Shown: positions 10,636 to 21,959 of the stretch, one piece after another
Layout of the letters: every line of letters begins with the position of its first letter
Numbering within the stretch: the first letter of the stretch is position 1
NCBI GenBank assembly: GCA_036630325.1
Contig: CP142728.1
Location: 1,178,001-1,242,000, forward strand
DNA length: 64,000 nt
Direction of reading: 5' to 3'
Source of the DNA: Vairimorpha necatrix
Taxonomy: Eukaryota
Translations under genes and position numbers: made by a program
Notes under the pieces: model-generated
What the model saw: only the letters and a program-made list of their open reading frames with translations
Told to the model about the DNA's origin: nothing
The model's database searches: none

Positions 10636-12384
10636 ATGAATATGTTAAAGGTGTTATCATTTATCGTGTTTACTACACAAACTAATAAATTGATACTAAA
10701 CAATGCATTTGAATATACCATAAAAAAATTTGAAAGTGGCGATTTTTCAAAATGTGATAGCACTAAAAAGTATGCAAGTGTATTTATAGAGTATTTTACA
10801 AATGAAATTAAATCGCACATTGCATATTACGATGAAAAAGGTATATCAAGAGATAAAAGTTTTTTGCTAAATTGCAAGGACAAAGCTTTAGACGTGATGC
10901 TTGAAGAATATTATACACTATTGAAGGACAATTTAGATTTTGAGAGTTTTGAATCAATCGTTTTGGTTTATAATGAAAGGGATTTAGAATATTGTATTAA
11001 TACAGAAACACAAATTTATTTGACGGATTTTATAAGCGAAATCAGAAGAATAAATAAGCAACGAGAAAAAGGAACTTTGTTTTTTCAAAATATTTGTATT
11101 GACGAATATTGTGTGGAAACTAAAATTTGGGAAATGGTCTTTAATAAATATGTTTCAGGAGGCAATACAGTTATTTGCGGATACAATAAAAATGATGAAT
11201 GTGACGGAGACGATATTTTTATGAGTATTTTGTTTGGAATAAACATAGGAAATGTTAAATATTTCTTTGAGATAAATGATAACGAATTATCAGATATTAT
11301 AAGTACTAAAAATATATTTATTGATAAAATGTTGGAATTGAGTTGTGGTTTAATTGGCGTATCCAAGGAGTCTTTTCCTATGTTAATGGGAAATAATTTA
11401 GAAAGCTTTATCTTTAGACATTTAAAAGATAACAAAGGTCACTATCCATTTTATTTTAGTTTATTAAAAAATAATCAGTTTATGCTTTCAATGAAAAAAA
11501 AATTAATTGAGTTAAACAGGTCAGTAATGGCCATTGAAAACGGAAATCTTGTAGAAGAAGAAAAAGTTGAAAGGAATAAAATACAAAAAAGGATATCCGA
11601 TATGTGTAATATACCCAATGATAAAAATTGTGAGGAAATTGTATTGCTATATTTTTTACTTAAAAAATACAATGGAATAGAACTTATCCTTCAACGAATT
11701 TTTGAAGAACCAAGTTCGGCGGATAATAGCATATTTATAAATTTATTGTATAAATTAAATTTTATCGAAAATGATGATACAAATATGAAAACGTACCAAG
11801 AAGAAATTAATAGGTTTAAAAAGCCAGAAATAATAGATTCCATTCTTAAAAAATTGTATGAGTGTAGTGATGAGGATTTTTATATTTTTAATATTTATTT
11901 GTTTGTTTTTGCAGAAGTATTTATTAATAAATATGAACCAACCGATGAAGTATTTATTAATAAATATAATACAACCGATGAATTATTTATTACTTTGAAA
12001 AAAATTAGTAATTGCATTAAAGATAAAAGTAATAGAAACAAGATCAATTCAATCACAACGAAAGATACATTTAATTTGGTCGAAATAATGAAAGAAATAA
12101 GAATAAATTTTGACGAAAATTCACAAGCCTTTAGCTATGAAAACATTAGTATGATAATATCTTCATTTACAGAACCAAGTTCAAACAAAATTTATGTCTA
12201 CAAAACAGAATCTTTAACAAAATTAAGAGAACTTTGTGTTTTTGAAAATGCCAAATTTGAAGGAGTAATAGTAGAAAAATTATGTGAAAAGGTTAAAGCC
12301 ACAATTATAAAAAAAGAAGAAAAAGAAGACGAACCTAACAAGGATGAACTAGGCAAGGGTACACAAGAAACGAACGAGAACTAG
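10636..12384 (+). CDS. Hypothetical protein with possible signal peptide
   Basis: Long ORF; likely start ccccATG at 10636; short hydrophobic N-terminus; internal 33-bp duplication (EVFINKY twice). Confidence 0.8.
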   Translation: MNMLKVLSFIVFTTQTNKLILNNAFEYTIKKFESGDFSKCDSTKKYASVFIEYFTNEIKSHIAYYDEKGISRDKSFLLNCKDKALDVMLEEYYTLLKDNLDFESFESIVLVYNERDLEYCINTETQIYLTDFISEIRRINKQREKGTLFFQNICIDEYCVETKIWEMVFNKYVSGGNTVICGYNKNDECDGDDIFMSILFGINIGNVKYFFEINDNELSDIISTKNIFIDKMLELSCGLIGVSKESFPMLMGNNLESFIFRHLKDNKGHYPFYFSLLKNNQFMLSMKKKLIELNRSVMAIENGNLVEEEKVERNKIQKRISDMCNIPNDKNCEEIVLLYFLLKKYNGIELILQRIFEEPSSADNSIFINLLYKLNFIENDDTNMKTYQEEINRFKKPEIIDSILKKLYECSDEDFYIFNIYLFVFAEVFINKYEPTDEVFINKYNTTDELFITLKKISNCIKDKSNRNKINSITTKDTFNLVEIMKEIRINFDENSQAFSYENISMIISSFTEPSSNKIYVYKTESLTKLRELCVFENAKFEGVIVEKLCEKVKATIIKKEEKEDEPNKDELGKGTQETNEN

Positions 12385-12862
12385 GGAAAATAAATATTAT
12401 TCTATGAATTTTACTAATATGACTAGAAGTTAGTTAAAAGTCAAATTTATATTTATAACTTATAGTAATTTTTTCTTTTTATCATACATTTAATTCAATA
12501 ATTACAGGGTAAAATTTTTATATAATATAAAAAATTTTTAAAGCCCCTTAATAATAGGAAAAGAAAAAACGATCTTTACCGATTTACGACTTTGTTTTAG
12601 TATTGGTTAAGATGAAAACAACCTATTGTTATAATATTGGATATGGTTGATTCATATTGTAAACCCCCTACATTCAATATGAAAAAAAAGGTACAGCTGA
12701 CATACTAAGCTGCTTAGGTGATAGGTCAAAGCAAAATACTTTTAAATAGAGATCGTTTTTTTAAAAATTTAGTTGGCAGTGCAGACCATTTGACGTTTCA
12801 AGAAATTTTTAACGAGTTAAATACACGAACAAATGTAAATTTGACCATATTAATAATATTAA

Positions 12863-12943
12863 AGGTGTTTAGCCAAGTGATCTAAGGCTCTGGAATCAGG
12901 CTCCAATCCGCAACAGGGCGTGAGTTTAAATCCTACTTTCACT
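12863..12943 (+). pseudogene. Degenerate tRNA-Leu(CAG)-like sequence
   Basis: D-arm agccaagtgatctaaggc, anticodon arm ctgga-atCAGgc-tccaa and long variable arm are present; T-loop is mutated (gtttaaa) and the acceptor stem does not pair. Confidence 0.7.
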
Positions 12944-13619
12944 TTTTTTTTAATACGAAAATTAGATAACTGAGCTTAGAATACAACTCAAACAAAAGAA
13001 GAGCTAGTTAAGATGATTGTTGGTAGCATCAATGACATCAAAACTTGTTTTGATAAGAGGAAGCCTCTACTTGTAAGAATAGAGTTCTTAGACAAGATGA
13101 TTGTACAACGATATATCGTAGTACAGAAAAGGAAAGGCTTGTAAGCCAGAACAGATCTAGAGAAATCTAGAAGGAAAAAAACACACTTTTACCTGGGGGA
13201 GGTATGGCATGCTGCTGATGCCGTAGCATTTACACTGAACTAGTTAGATTCTTAACTGACGAGGGGTCAGGCGTGGAATTCTCTTAGAACCCTGTTGAAC
13301 GCAGGTCGCAGACAGGAATGTTTGTGGTTCTAATCCTAAAAAATACTCTTTTCCTACAAGCAAGGCCTTTATGGTATGCTGGTGTGGATCACAAGTTATT
13401 GGCTGTTGAAGTTTTTATTTGCTAAGTGGCTTTTCTTTAATAACAGCAAAGTTTTTTAGTTTTTTTTTTTTTATGCAAAGTAATCCTTGAACGTCCTCAT
13501 TGTAGTGTTAACAACAACTATAAGAAAAATCCACATTCATTTAAAAACATAAATGTAAGCTCAAGAAGTGTCATCACAATAAATTCTCTAAGTCCTGACT
13601 CAACTCCTCCGTGTAATGC

Positions 13620-14440
13620 TACATAAGGTAGTGAAAATTTACATAAGCAACACAATATCTTGAAGCTATGAGTCTCATCCGGCTTATACTGTGAGATTCT
13701 TACTTGCTGTGATTTTTTCAGTAAGACTTGTCCGATATTAAGCTCCATTGTATCTAATGGACTTTGGCACTAGAAAATATCTTCCCATCTGTGCCTTAAA
13801 TCGCGTCTAGAAATATCTACAACCAAAAAAATTATCACAAATGAATAGGAGGATCGAGAAGAGATATCCATTTGCTTACACCAAACGTCCCTTTAGTCAT
13901 CTACACAGTGCACAGTTCTCTTAGAACTCTAGTTTATCAATTTCGCTTTTTAGGCTCTTTTATCGATGTCTCCCACAAGTTTTAAGCTGTGTTACATAAT
14001 TTATTGAATAGGGTCTACGAGACCTTCTTGTCATACATCCTCTGTTTCTTTAATTATGCTTTTAGGAGTTGCGCCAAAATGCACGAGCCAAGATCTTTTT
14101 CTTAATTCAATACTCTTTTGTATGATAAAGCGAAGTAAATCTCTAGTAATTCCGAATCGTAGTCGACGTTTAAACTAGACGTAGTTCTTACGTGGCAAGA
14201 GACAGCTAAGTTTTGACAACCAATGTACTGGTAGGTGTTGGAATAAAAACATGAGATTATTAAAAAACAACGACACGATGTATTTGACATATTTGGAACT
14301 TTACAGTTACCGTAGATAAACTACGTAATTTAAAATGATTCGACCTTTATTCAGAGTAAAAACCTTTTACATGCTTTTCGAGAATCGAACTCTGTTCTTC
14401 ATGTATCATCATAATGCATCTGAACACTAAGCCACAAGCT
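13620..14440 (-). mobile_element. Old diverged near-full-length SINE copy
   Basis: Collinear matches to the young copies (ctcatcc..tactgtgagatt, tggactttggc, aaatcgcg, gtctcccac, atagggtctacgagaccttct); decayed tRNA-like head at ~14372-14440. Confidence 0.7.
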
Positions 14441-14796
14441 TTTAGTTTGATATTTATTCTAGCATCTATAAAAGCAATAAATAAAAAATTTCCCCGAAAA
14501 ATTAATTTAAGAAAAAATATTTCTCATTCAGAAAAGCATTTATTGGAGGCTTCTTATCAATATTGGCCAGTTATTAGGATTTTAAGCTTAGGTTGAATTA
14601 AATTGAAAATTATTCAATATGATAATGGTTTTTAGTTTTTAAACAAGCAGGAATTAAGACATATTTAAATATTCTTTATTATCAATAAAAGACAATATAG
14701 TTAATGAAAGCTTATAAATTAATTCAAAATAAAAGACCGATTTTAAAATACAAAATGATAAATTTTCACGTTTCATTTATGTTGACAAAATTAATT

Positions 14797-15219
14797 TTAA
14801 TCTTTTTTAAATTTTTGTATAGTTTTATAAATAAACTCATAAATTGCACATACAAGTATCAAAATGTATAAAACACACCACCAGTAACTATAAAATATCA
14901 ATAATTTAACTATCATGCAAATAACAAGACTATCAAATAAAAGTGAAGGGACTCCTTTACCAGATAGAGATGTGCCAGGGTCTACAAGTTCTTCTATCTT
15001 ACCAGATTTTATTATTTTTGGTGTGCTAATTTTAAATATGCAGAAAATGACAAGTAGTTCTGGAATGCTTGACATTACAAATTTGTATAAATCGAGCCTG
15101 TTATTAAAGTAGTAAAGAATTAATACGAGGACATTAAAAAAAGATGTACTCATTACAAGTGTCTTTTTGATAAAATAATTTGATTTGTGTATTGCTTTGT
15201 TCAAATCACTGCCTCTCAT
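14797..15219 (-). CDS. SND2: SND2/TMEM208 family ER-targeting protein
   Basis: Small TM protein with LVDPGTSL..G...LFD pattern; likely ATG at 15219 after CCCC. Confidence 0.7.
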   Translation of the reverse strand: MRGSDLNKAIHKSNYFIKKTLVMSTSFFNVLVLILYYFNNRLDLYKFVMSSIPELLVIFCIFKISTPKIIKSGKIEELVDPGTSLSGKGVPSLLFDSLVICMIVKLLIFYSYWWCVLYILILVCAIYEFIYKTIQKFKKD

Positions 15220-15514
15220 TGGGGATGTAAAAAAACAAAGCATAAAATTATGAAAGTAAAACTTTTTGATATGGAAAACGAGTCTAGCATAAATTCATGC
15301 AAAAAACTATAAATACAGAATTCTCGCATAAATTTATGAGTGGAAAATCATAGCATAAATTCAAAAACATACACAAAATTAATTTGAAGTGTTGTGCCCG
15401 ATCAAATACTGACCAATCATATTTTTACAAATAGACAAATTTTCAAGCCTGCTACAAGATTTTGAAGATAAAATATGTGGAAATTAAGAATTTAAACTTA
15501 TTATTTTTTATTTT

Positions 15515-15781
15515 TTAACATCCTCCGACTTGCATAGCAGAAACTTCTAATTCGTCCCCTTCCTCCATATTTCTCATGTCAGGGGTCTCTTCTAGTCCCA
15601 GCACTTTGCCATTAAATGTCAATCTAAGTTCCTCTGGATTTTTATGAACATTATCAGCAAATGTTTTCAATATTTTTTTAAAAGGGATGTTTTTCTTTAC
15701 TTTTATCTCCAGAGTCACTCCTTCTTGGTCTTGAATTTTAAGAGTAATTTTTTCCTGGTCCTTATTTTCTTGTTCATCCAT
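15515..15781 (-). CDS. SMT3: SUMO
   Basis: Ubiquitin-like, ETP...MEEGD.LE and C-terminal QVGG-C. Confidence 0.95.
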   Translation of the reverse strand: MDEQENKDQEKITLKIQDQEGVTLEIKVKKNIPFKKILKTFADNVHKNPEELRLTFNGKVLGLEETPDMRNMEEGDELEVSAMQVGGC

Positions 15782-16180
15782 AACAAGGGGGTAAAAAAAT
15801 TTCTTTTAAGTTTAATAGACAAATTAATATAAAAATACATTCAATGAGTTGTTTTGGATGTTATTAATATAGACAAAATATAACAGTCTTTTATATATAT
15901 TTAGAAAAGAGAATTGTAAGTTAAGGGTATAAAAATTAAAATTTGACATAAGAGATTTTTTGGTGTCAAAATCACGAGTGTACAGAATAAACTAGTGTGT
16001 TTTATTCCCAATGAAACCGTCAATCTCTGTAATTTGATTTTATTTAGACACATCTAATTTCTAAAATAAATTACGAGACATTAAACAAATCTCTGTGGAC
16101 TTTCAAAGAATAAGATCAAAATTATATTTTTTCTTAATTTTCTATAAAAAATGTCATTCCCGCACCCTTACAAATAAGAA

Positions 16181-17665
16181 ATGATAATTTTTATCAAAGG
16201 ACCAACAGAACGAAAAAGATTAGAAATAAACTCCCATGACAAATTATATAAAAAAGTCCAAGAAGCTTTCAATATAGAATCATTTAATTTATCATACGAC
16301 GAAGATAATCAAAACAAGATCGATGAGAAATCTACAATTCCAGAACTAAACCTAAAGCAAGGTATGACTTTATATTTACACTATGAAATAATTAAAAAAG
16401 ATATAAAACGAGAAAAAGATGATTTTATGTGCGACCACGCGTCAAATGCAATGTGCGCGCACTGTGCCCCTTTGGATCCCTGGGATGCCAAATATTTAGA
16501 AGATAAAAAGATCAAATATTTAAGTTACAATTCGTATAAAGAAATGTGTAAATATAAAAACCAGGATTTTATAATGGAAGATTATTCAGTGAAGAAATGT
16601 ACTGATCATAATAGAAATATTAGATGTGTAAATTGTCAAGAGAAAGATATCTTATTAAATCCTCAGAGATACAGAATGGTAGACCATGTGGAATTTGATG
16701 ACTCAAATATGGTCCAGAATTTCATAAGAAATTGGAGAGATACAAGAAGACAATATTTCGGAATATTAATTGGGAAATATAAAAATTATGATTTGGTCCC
16801 TTTGGGAAGGAAAGCACTTGTCTCTGGAATTTGGATACCAGAACAAGAAAATTATCCAGACGGGTTTGTAATAAATGACAAATTTGAAGATGACTTTTTA
16901 TTGGACACAGGTCTGGAAATCTTAGGCATGATTTATACAGATTTAATATTTGATGGACAAATGACAAGTTCAAAAATGAAAGACGATTTATTTTTGTCTT
17001 CACTTGAAGTCGATTTTATTTCAAAAATGCAATTTATGTTTCCTAATTTTGAAAATAATCAACTTTTAAATTCTAAATTTGTCACAATCGTAGCAACTTC
17101 AAATCAGAATAATGAGATAGAATTAATGGAATACCAAGTCAGTTCTCAATGCATGGCTTTAACAAGAAATAATTTGATTTTGCCAACTTCTAATCCGAAA
17201 TTATTTTACACAGAAAAAAATATTTTTTATAAAATTTTACAAGAAGACGGAACATTGAAAAATGTCAAGGCTGAGCCTTTTTTACCTGTTGAATATTTTA
17301 TTGTAAGATTGACACATGGAAATAAACAAAATCCTCTATTTTTAAATAGTGATTTTATAAATAATACGATTTCTAATAAGAAATTGGCAGAATATTTTAA
17401 TGAAGAATATTCTATTGAGAAGTTTTCTAATTTCAATTTGTTAATGAAACTTAAAAATAGATTTCGAAATTTCAATAAATTCTTAAAATGCATAATTGAG
17501 AAAAATCAAGAAGATTTTGATAAATTTCTACAAGAAGAAGAATTTCAAAATTTTATTTTGGAATTGAAAAAATATTTCAAAAAAGCTTGGGTTTGTAAAG
17601 CGTGCACTTTTATAAATGAGCAGAATTTAGAAAGATGTGAAGTATGTGAAACAGCAAATATATGA
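16181..17665 (+). CDS. NPL4: Nuclear protein localization 4 (Cdc48 cofactor)
   Basis: CDH...MCAHCAPLDPWD zinc finger, QRYRMVDHVEF, GMIYTD and PVEYF motifs; C-terminal NZF finger. Confidence 0.95.
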   Translation: MIIFIKGPTERKRLEINSHDKLYKKVQEAFNIESFNLSYDEDNQNKIDEKSTIPELNLKQGMTLYLHYEIIKKDIKREKDDFMCDHASNAMCAHCAPLDPWDAKYLEDKKIKYLSYNSYKEMCKYKNQDFIMEDYSVKKCTDHNRNIRCVNCQEKDILLNPQRYRMVDHVEFDDSNMVQNFIRNWRDTRRQYFGILIGKYKNYDLVPLGRKALVSGIWIPEQENYPDGFVINDKFEDDFLLDTGLEILGMIYTDLIFDGQMTSSKMKDDLFLSSLEVDFISKMQFMFPNFENNQLLNSKFVTIVATSNQNNEIELMEYQVSSQCMALTRNNLILPTSNPKLFYTEKNIFYKILQEDGTLKNVKAEPFLPVEYFIVRLTHGNKQNPLFLNSDFINNTISNKKLAEYFNEEYSIEKFSNFNLLMKLKNRFRNFNKFLKCIIEKNQEDFDKFLQEEEFQNFILELKKYFKKAWVCKACTFINEQNLERCEVCETANI

Positions 17666-17837
17666 AATAAATTAAAAAAATTCATAAAGAAGTTTATTTA
17701 ATTTATTGTTTTATATATAATAAACTTAATTCTGAACATTCCTTGTCTTAAACACATTTTAAAAATAATTTTATTTTTTTTGGAATTTTCTTGAATTTTT
17801 TTTTCTATAAATTTTTTACCCCCGAAACAAAATAAAA

Positions 17838-19049
17838 ATGGCACATGATCCAGAAGGTTTATACGCAGTCTTGGGACTTCAAGCAGGAGCGAGTATTGAA
17901 GAAGTAAAAAAAGCTTTTACTAAAAAACAAAGAGAATGTCACCCCGATGGGCCACAATTCAAAGCAGCTTTAAGGAAATGCAAAACAGACGAGGAGAAAG
18001 CCAAAGTAGAAAAAGAATTTAAAGAGAAATCTTCAAAATGCAATCAAGCAAAAGCAGTGCTTTTTGATGAGAAAAAGAAGCAACAGTACGACATGGGCAT
18101 TACTGGCGACTTTAGCTTTGGGGAAGGCGCCAGTGACATTTTCGATATTTTCTCTCAATTTACAGGCGGCTCTCGTAGGAATCAAGTGCATAAAGTTCAA
18201 GACATTGAGTACGAGTTTAATGTTTCTTTCCAGGAGTCTTTTATGGGGAAAGTGTCTTCTTTTAATGTGAAAGTACAAAGAGAATGTGGTAAATGTCATG
18301 GGAAAGGAGGAGACAATGTAGAGACTTGTAATACTTGTAAAGGAAAAGGGAAAGTAGAGCATCATAGAAGATTAGGCCCACTTATTACAGTACAAGAGAG
18401 CGAATGCCACACTTGCCGGGGGACTGGTCAAGTGATAAAAGGCAAAGTGTGCCAAGAATGTGCAGGCTCGCAATACGCGCAAACTAACGAAAACATTAGC
18501 GTGAAAGTCGAGCCAGGAGTGAAAAATGGAAGGAAATATGTTTTCACTGGTAGAGGAAATCATAAAAAAGGATGTGTACCAGGGGATATTGTGTTAATAG
18601 CCAGTATTACTAAAGATCCAAAATTCAAGAGAGTTGGAAATCATGTCTATTGTAAAATTGACATCCCTTTGTACACCGCCCTCACTGGCGGCCAAATTTT
18701 ATTTGACCACGTAAACGGGAAAAAACTGCAAATTTCTGTAAACCCTTTCAAAGATCTAAAAAAATGTATTATTGTAAAAGGAGAAGGCTTTAAGATTGAG
18801 AATAGTAACTCATATGGTGATCTAATTTTAGATCCAAATATAGTTATAGATCGACATATTAATAAAGATAAATTAGCAGATGCACTTAATTTTATACCAG
18901 CGCAAATTAACAATCCTGCTTCAATAAAAAAACAGTCAGAATTTGGAACTATGCCAAGTGAACAAGAACAAAGAGAAAATTACGAATCTGAAGATTTCAT
19001 GGGTGGGGGTGCAAGAGACTTCTTTGGTAAATTTAGTGGATTTTTCTAA
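17838..19049 (+). CDS. Type I DnaJ/Hsp40 (Ydj1-like)
   Basis: J domain with HPD, DIF motif, four CxxCxGxG-type repeats and C-terminal domain. Confidence 0.93.
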   Translation: MAHDPEGLYAVLGLQAGASIEEVKKAFTKKQRECHPDGPQFKAALRKCKTDEEKAKVEKEFKEKSSKCNQAKAVLFDEKKKQQYDMGITGDFSFGEGASDIFDIFSQFTGGSRRNQVHKVQDIEYEFNVSFQESFMGKVSSFNVKVQRECGKCHGKGGDNVETCNTCKGKGKVEHHRRLGPLITVQESECHTCRGTGQVIKGKVCQECAGSQYAQTNENISVKVEPGVKNGRKYVFTGRGNHKKGCVPGDIVLIASITKDPKFKRVGNHVYCKIDIPLYTALTGGQILFDHVNGKKLQISVNPFKDLKKCIIVKGEGFKIENSNSYGDLILDPNIVIDRHINKDKLADALNFIPAQINNPASIKKQSEFGTMPSEQEQRENYESEDFMGGGARDFFGKFSGFF

Positions 19050-19651
19050 ATATAAAAATAAATTTAACTTTTTAAAAAAAAATTATTTTTTTTTAAATTT
19101 TGACACTTTTCAATATTTTTGTTGACTAATAAATTTTTACTTTTTTATTTAAAAATTTTTAAATTTTTTGAAGAAATTATAAATTTGATAAATTGATAAA
19201 ATTTATATAAAAAAAAGAAACTAAATTTGCATTTTGAATTTATATTTAAAATCTATATTAAAATTTTAAGAGATACATTTATAGACAAATAAAATTTAAA
19301 AATCATTTGAAATTTTATTTTTTAAAATAAATATTTTTTTACTATAAAGGCATTCTGAATTAATTTGTAAATAATTTTATTTATTTAAAAATAAAATTTA
19401 CATTTATTGAAAAAATAGAATGTTTTATTCAAAAATATCTTTCAGAACAAAATTCTATCTTAATTGTAAACAATAAAAATTTATTCTTTATTTGTTTACA
19501 AAATTCAATTTTTTTTTATTTTAAAATAAAACTCATATTATAAAGCAAAATGTACAATTATAATCTTAATAATGATAGAATGTCTTTTTTTATCTTCAAT
19601 AACCTTTTCTCAAATAAAATTACTAGTAAAAATTTTTATACTCCCTTTAAA

Positions 19652-20806
19652 ATGATTGACCAAAATTGTGACGAAATAGAAATTTTAGAAGAATACAATA
19701 TTTGGAGGAAAAACGTGCCATATTTATATGATTTAATGTTCTCACATGCTTTACAATGGCCATCTCTTTCAATACAATATTTTCCAGAAAGTAAACGTGA
19801 TGAAAAAAAAGAAAAAACATCTCAGAGACTGTTGATCACTACAAATTCAGAAATGACCGAACAAGAATATATTCATATTGCTTCTGTAGAATTTCCCGAT
19901 AAATATGACGAAGTTCTTAGTGATGACTGTGGTGGAGATTTAAGTTTTAAATTTGATCAATCTATACCAGTTTCGGCTCCAGCTAATATTGTGCGATACA
20001 ATCCCCTGGCTTTTCATTTATTGGCTGCACGATTTGATAAAAGCGAAGTTCATATTTACGACTACACTAAACATTTAGCATCAAGTACTACCGCCGAACC
20101 AGATATCATTTTAAAAGGACACAATGAAGGCGGATTTGGTTTGTGTTGGAATCCAAATATCGTCAATGAATTGTCTACGGCGGGAGATGATAAAATGATC
20201 TGCGTTTTTGATGTGCCCGAGTCGTCAAATGAAGCCACTTGTAAAATTAAACTCAAGAAACATACAAAGACAATTAATGAAATATCTTATAATTATTATA
20301 ATGACTCCATTCTGTGCTCGGTAAGTGATGATAAATCTATTATTATTTGGGACACAAAGACTAAAAATCCTTGTTCTATAGTAAAAGAGGCTCATGACTC
20401 TGATATTTACTCAATACATTGCTCGCCGTTAAATTCATTTTTTCTTTGTACCGGGTCAGAAGACAATTCAGTCAAAATTTGGGACATGAGAAATTTAAAT
20501 AGACCAGTGCAGAAATTATTGTCACATTCTAAAGGAGTGGGCAAAGTTCAATGGTCCCCGCATTCAGAAAGTGTATTGGCTTCTGCTAGTAAAGATAGGA
20601 GAGTTTGTCTTTGGGACTTGTCCCTTAGTGGGAACATTTTATCAAAAGAAGACGCCAAAGATGGGCCACCTGAGCTAATATTTTTACATGGTGGGCACAC
20701 TTACAATGTCTTTGACATATCTTGGAATCCTGCTGAACCTTTTGAAATAGCCAGTGTCTCTGAAGATAATATTTTACAAATTTGGCAAGTACCAGAAAGA
20801 GAATAA
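19652..20806 (+). CDS. Histone-binding WD40 protein (RBBP4/HAT2/MSI1 family)
   Basis: EEYNIWRKNVPYLYD..HALQWPSL and DGPPELIFLHGGH motifs; likely ATG at 19652 after CCC. Confidence 0.93.
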   Translation: MIDQNCDEIEILEEYNIWRKNVPYLYDLMFSHALQWPSLSIQYFPESKRDEKKEKTSQRLLITTNSEMTEQEYIHIASVEFPDKYDEVLSDDCGGDLSFKFDQSIPVSAPANIVRYNPLAFHLLAARFDKSEVHIYDYTKHLASSTTAEPDIILKGHNEGGFGLCWNPNIVNELSTAGDDKMICVFDVPESSNEATCKIKLKKHTKTINEISYNYYNDSILCSVSDDKSIIIWDTKTKNPCSIVKEAHDSDIYSIHCSPLNSFFLCTGSEDNSVKIWDMRNLNRPVQKLLSHSKGVGKVQWSPHSESVLASASKDRRVCLWDLSLSGNILSKEDAKDGPPELIFLHGGHTYNVFDISWNPAEPFEIASVSEDNILQIWQVPERE

Positions 20807-20926
20807 AAATATGTTTTGATTTAAATTTAATTTAACTACTAGTTTTAAGATTTACTTTATTTTATTAGTCGTTATATAACGGAATTAATAAAAATTTTAT
20901 CATGTATAAGGACAAAATAACTATTA

Positions 20927-20971
<45 letters not shown>

Positions 20972-21108
20972 AATTTTCACTTATAATAGCATTTATCAAA
21001 ATTGTAATATATGATAGCTTACACATTAGTGTTGCGTATTTATATCTACACATCTTTAAAATAATCTCTTTGTTTATAGATTTATCTTAATTTGTTTTTA
21101 CCCTAAAA

Positions 21109-21924
21109 ATGGATCTAAAATTTTTTTTTACAATAGACGATTTCGAATTGGGCAAACCTCTTGGCCGTGGTAAATTTGGTGAAGTTTGGATGGCCAAAGA
21201 AAAGGAAAAAGGCTACATCGTTGCACTAAAAATAATAAAAAGAAATTCAATATTAACAAAAGAAACTGCAAAACAAATTAGAAGAGAAATAGACATCCAT
21301 AGAAATCTAAAACATGAAAATATTCTTAGAATGTACGGATATTTTTATGATTCCGAAAGATTATATTTAATTTTAGAATATGCCGGTAAAGGTGAATTTT
21401 TTAAGATTTTAAACGACAATAACGGTAAATTTTCTGAAAAATCTACATCGATTTATATTAAACAATTAATCAAAGCATTGATTTATATGCACAAAAACGA
21501 CGTAATTCATCGTGATATAAAACCAGAAAACTTACTTCTTGGATCTGACGATAGATTAAAATTGGCTGATTTCGGGTGGGCGGTAAAAAATAAAGACAAA
21601 AAACGAATGACTTTTTGTGGAACTCTAGAATATTTATCACCAGAAATGTTAAATAATGAAATACATGATCATAATATAGATATTTGGTGTCTAGGAATAT
21701 TAACTTATGAATTTTTAGTAGGTAAACCACCATTTGAAATTAAACCGCGATCTTTACGCGAAGCAAGACGTAAAATTGCAGCAGGTGACATTGCTAGACC
21801 GAATACGATGAGTGCTATTGCTTTTGATTTTATAGAACAATTATTAGTAAATGATAAAAATCAAAGAATGACACTTAATGGAGCACTTAATCATGTGTTT
21901 ATTACTAAACACAATAAAAAATAA
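21109..21924 (+). CDS. IPL1: Aurora kinase
   Basis: DDFELGKPLGRGKFG, IHRDIKPENLL, ADFGW and RMTFCGTLEYLSPEM motifs. Confidence 0.93.
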   Translation: MDLKFFFTIDDFELGKPLGRGKFGEVWMAKEKEKGYIVALKIIKRNSILTKETAKQIRREIDIHRNLKHENILRMYGYFYDSERLYLILEYAGKGEFFKILNDNNGKFSEKSTSIYIKQLIKALIYMHKNDVIHRDIKPENLLLGSDDRLKLADFGWAVKNKDKKRMTFCGTLEYLSPEMLNNEIHDHNIDIWCLGILTYEFLVGKPPFEIKPRSLREARRKIAAGDIARPNTMSAIAFDFIEQLLVNDKNQRMTLNGALNHVFITKHNKK

Positions 21925-21959
21925 ATGTAAAATTATAGAAATTTTTTTTGGTTTCCCCT

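Noticed and set aside
13185-13335. U1 snRNA-like look (ttacctgg start, catttacac, tttgtgg)
   Set aside because: The 5' end is not ACTTAC, there is no U1-70K loop and the Sm site is poor. It would need an Infernal hit to be called.
19466-19499. Forkhead-like GTAAACA sites upstream of several genes
   Set aside because: A 7-mer this AT-rich is expected many times by chance in this window.
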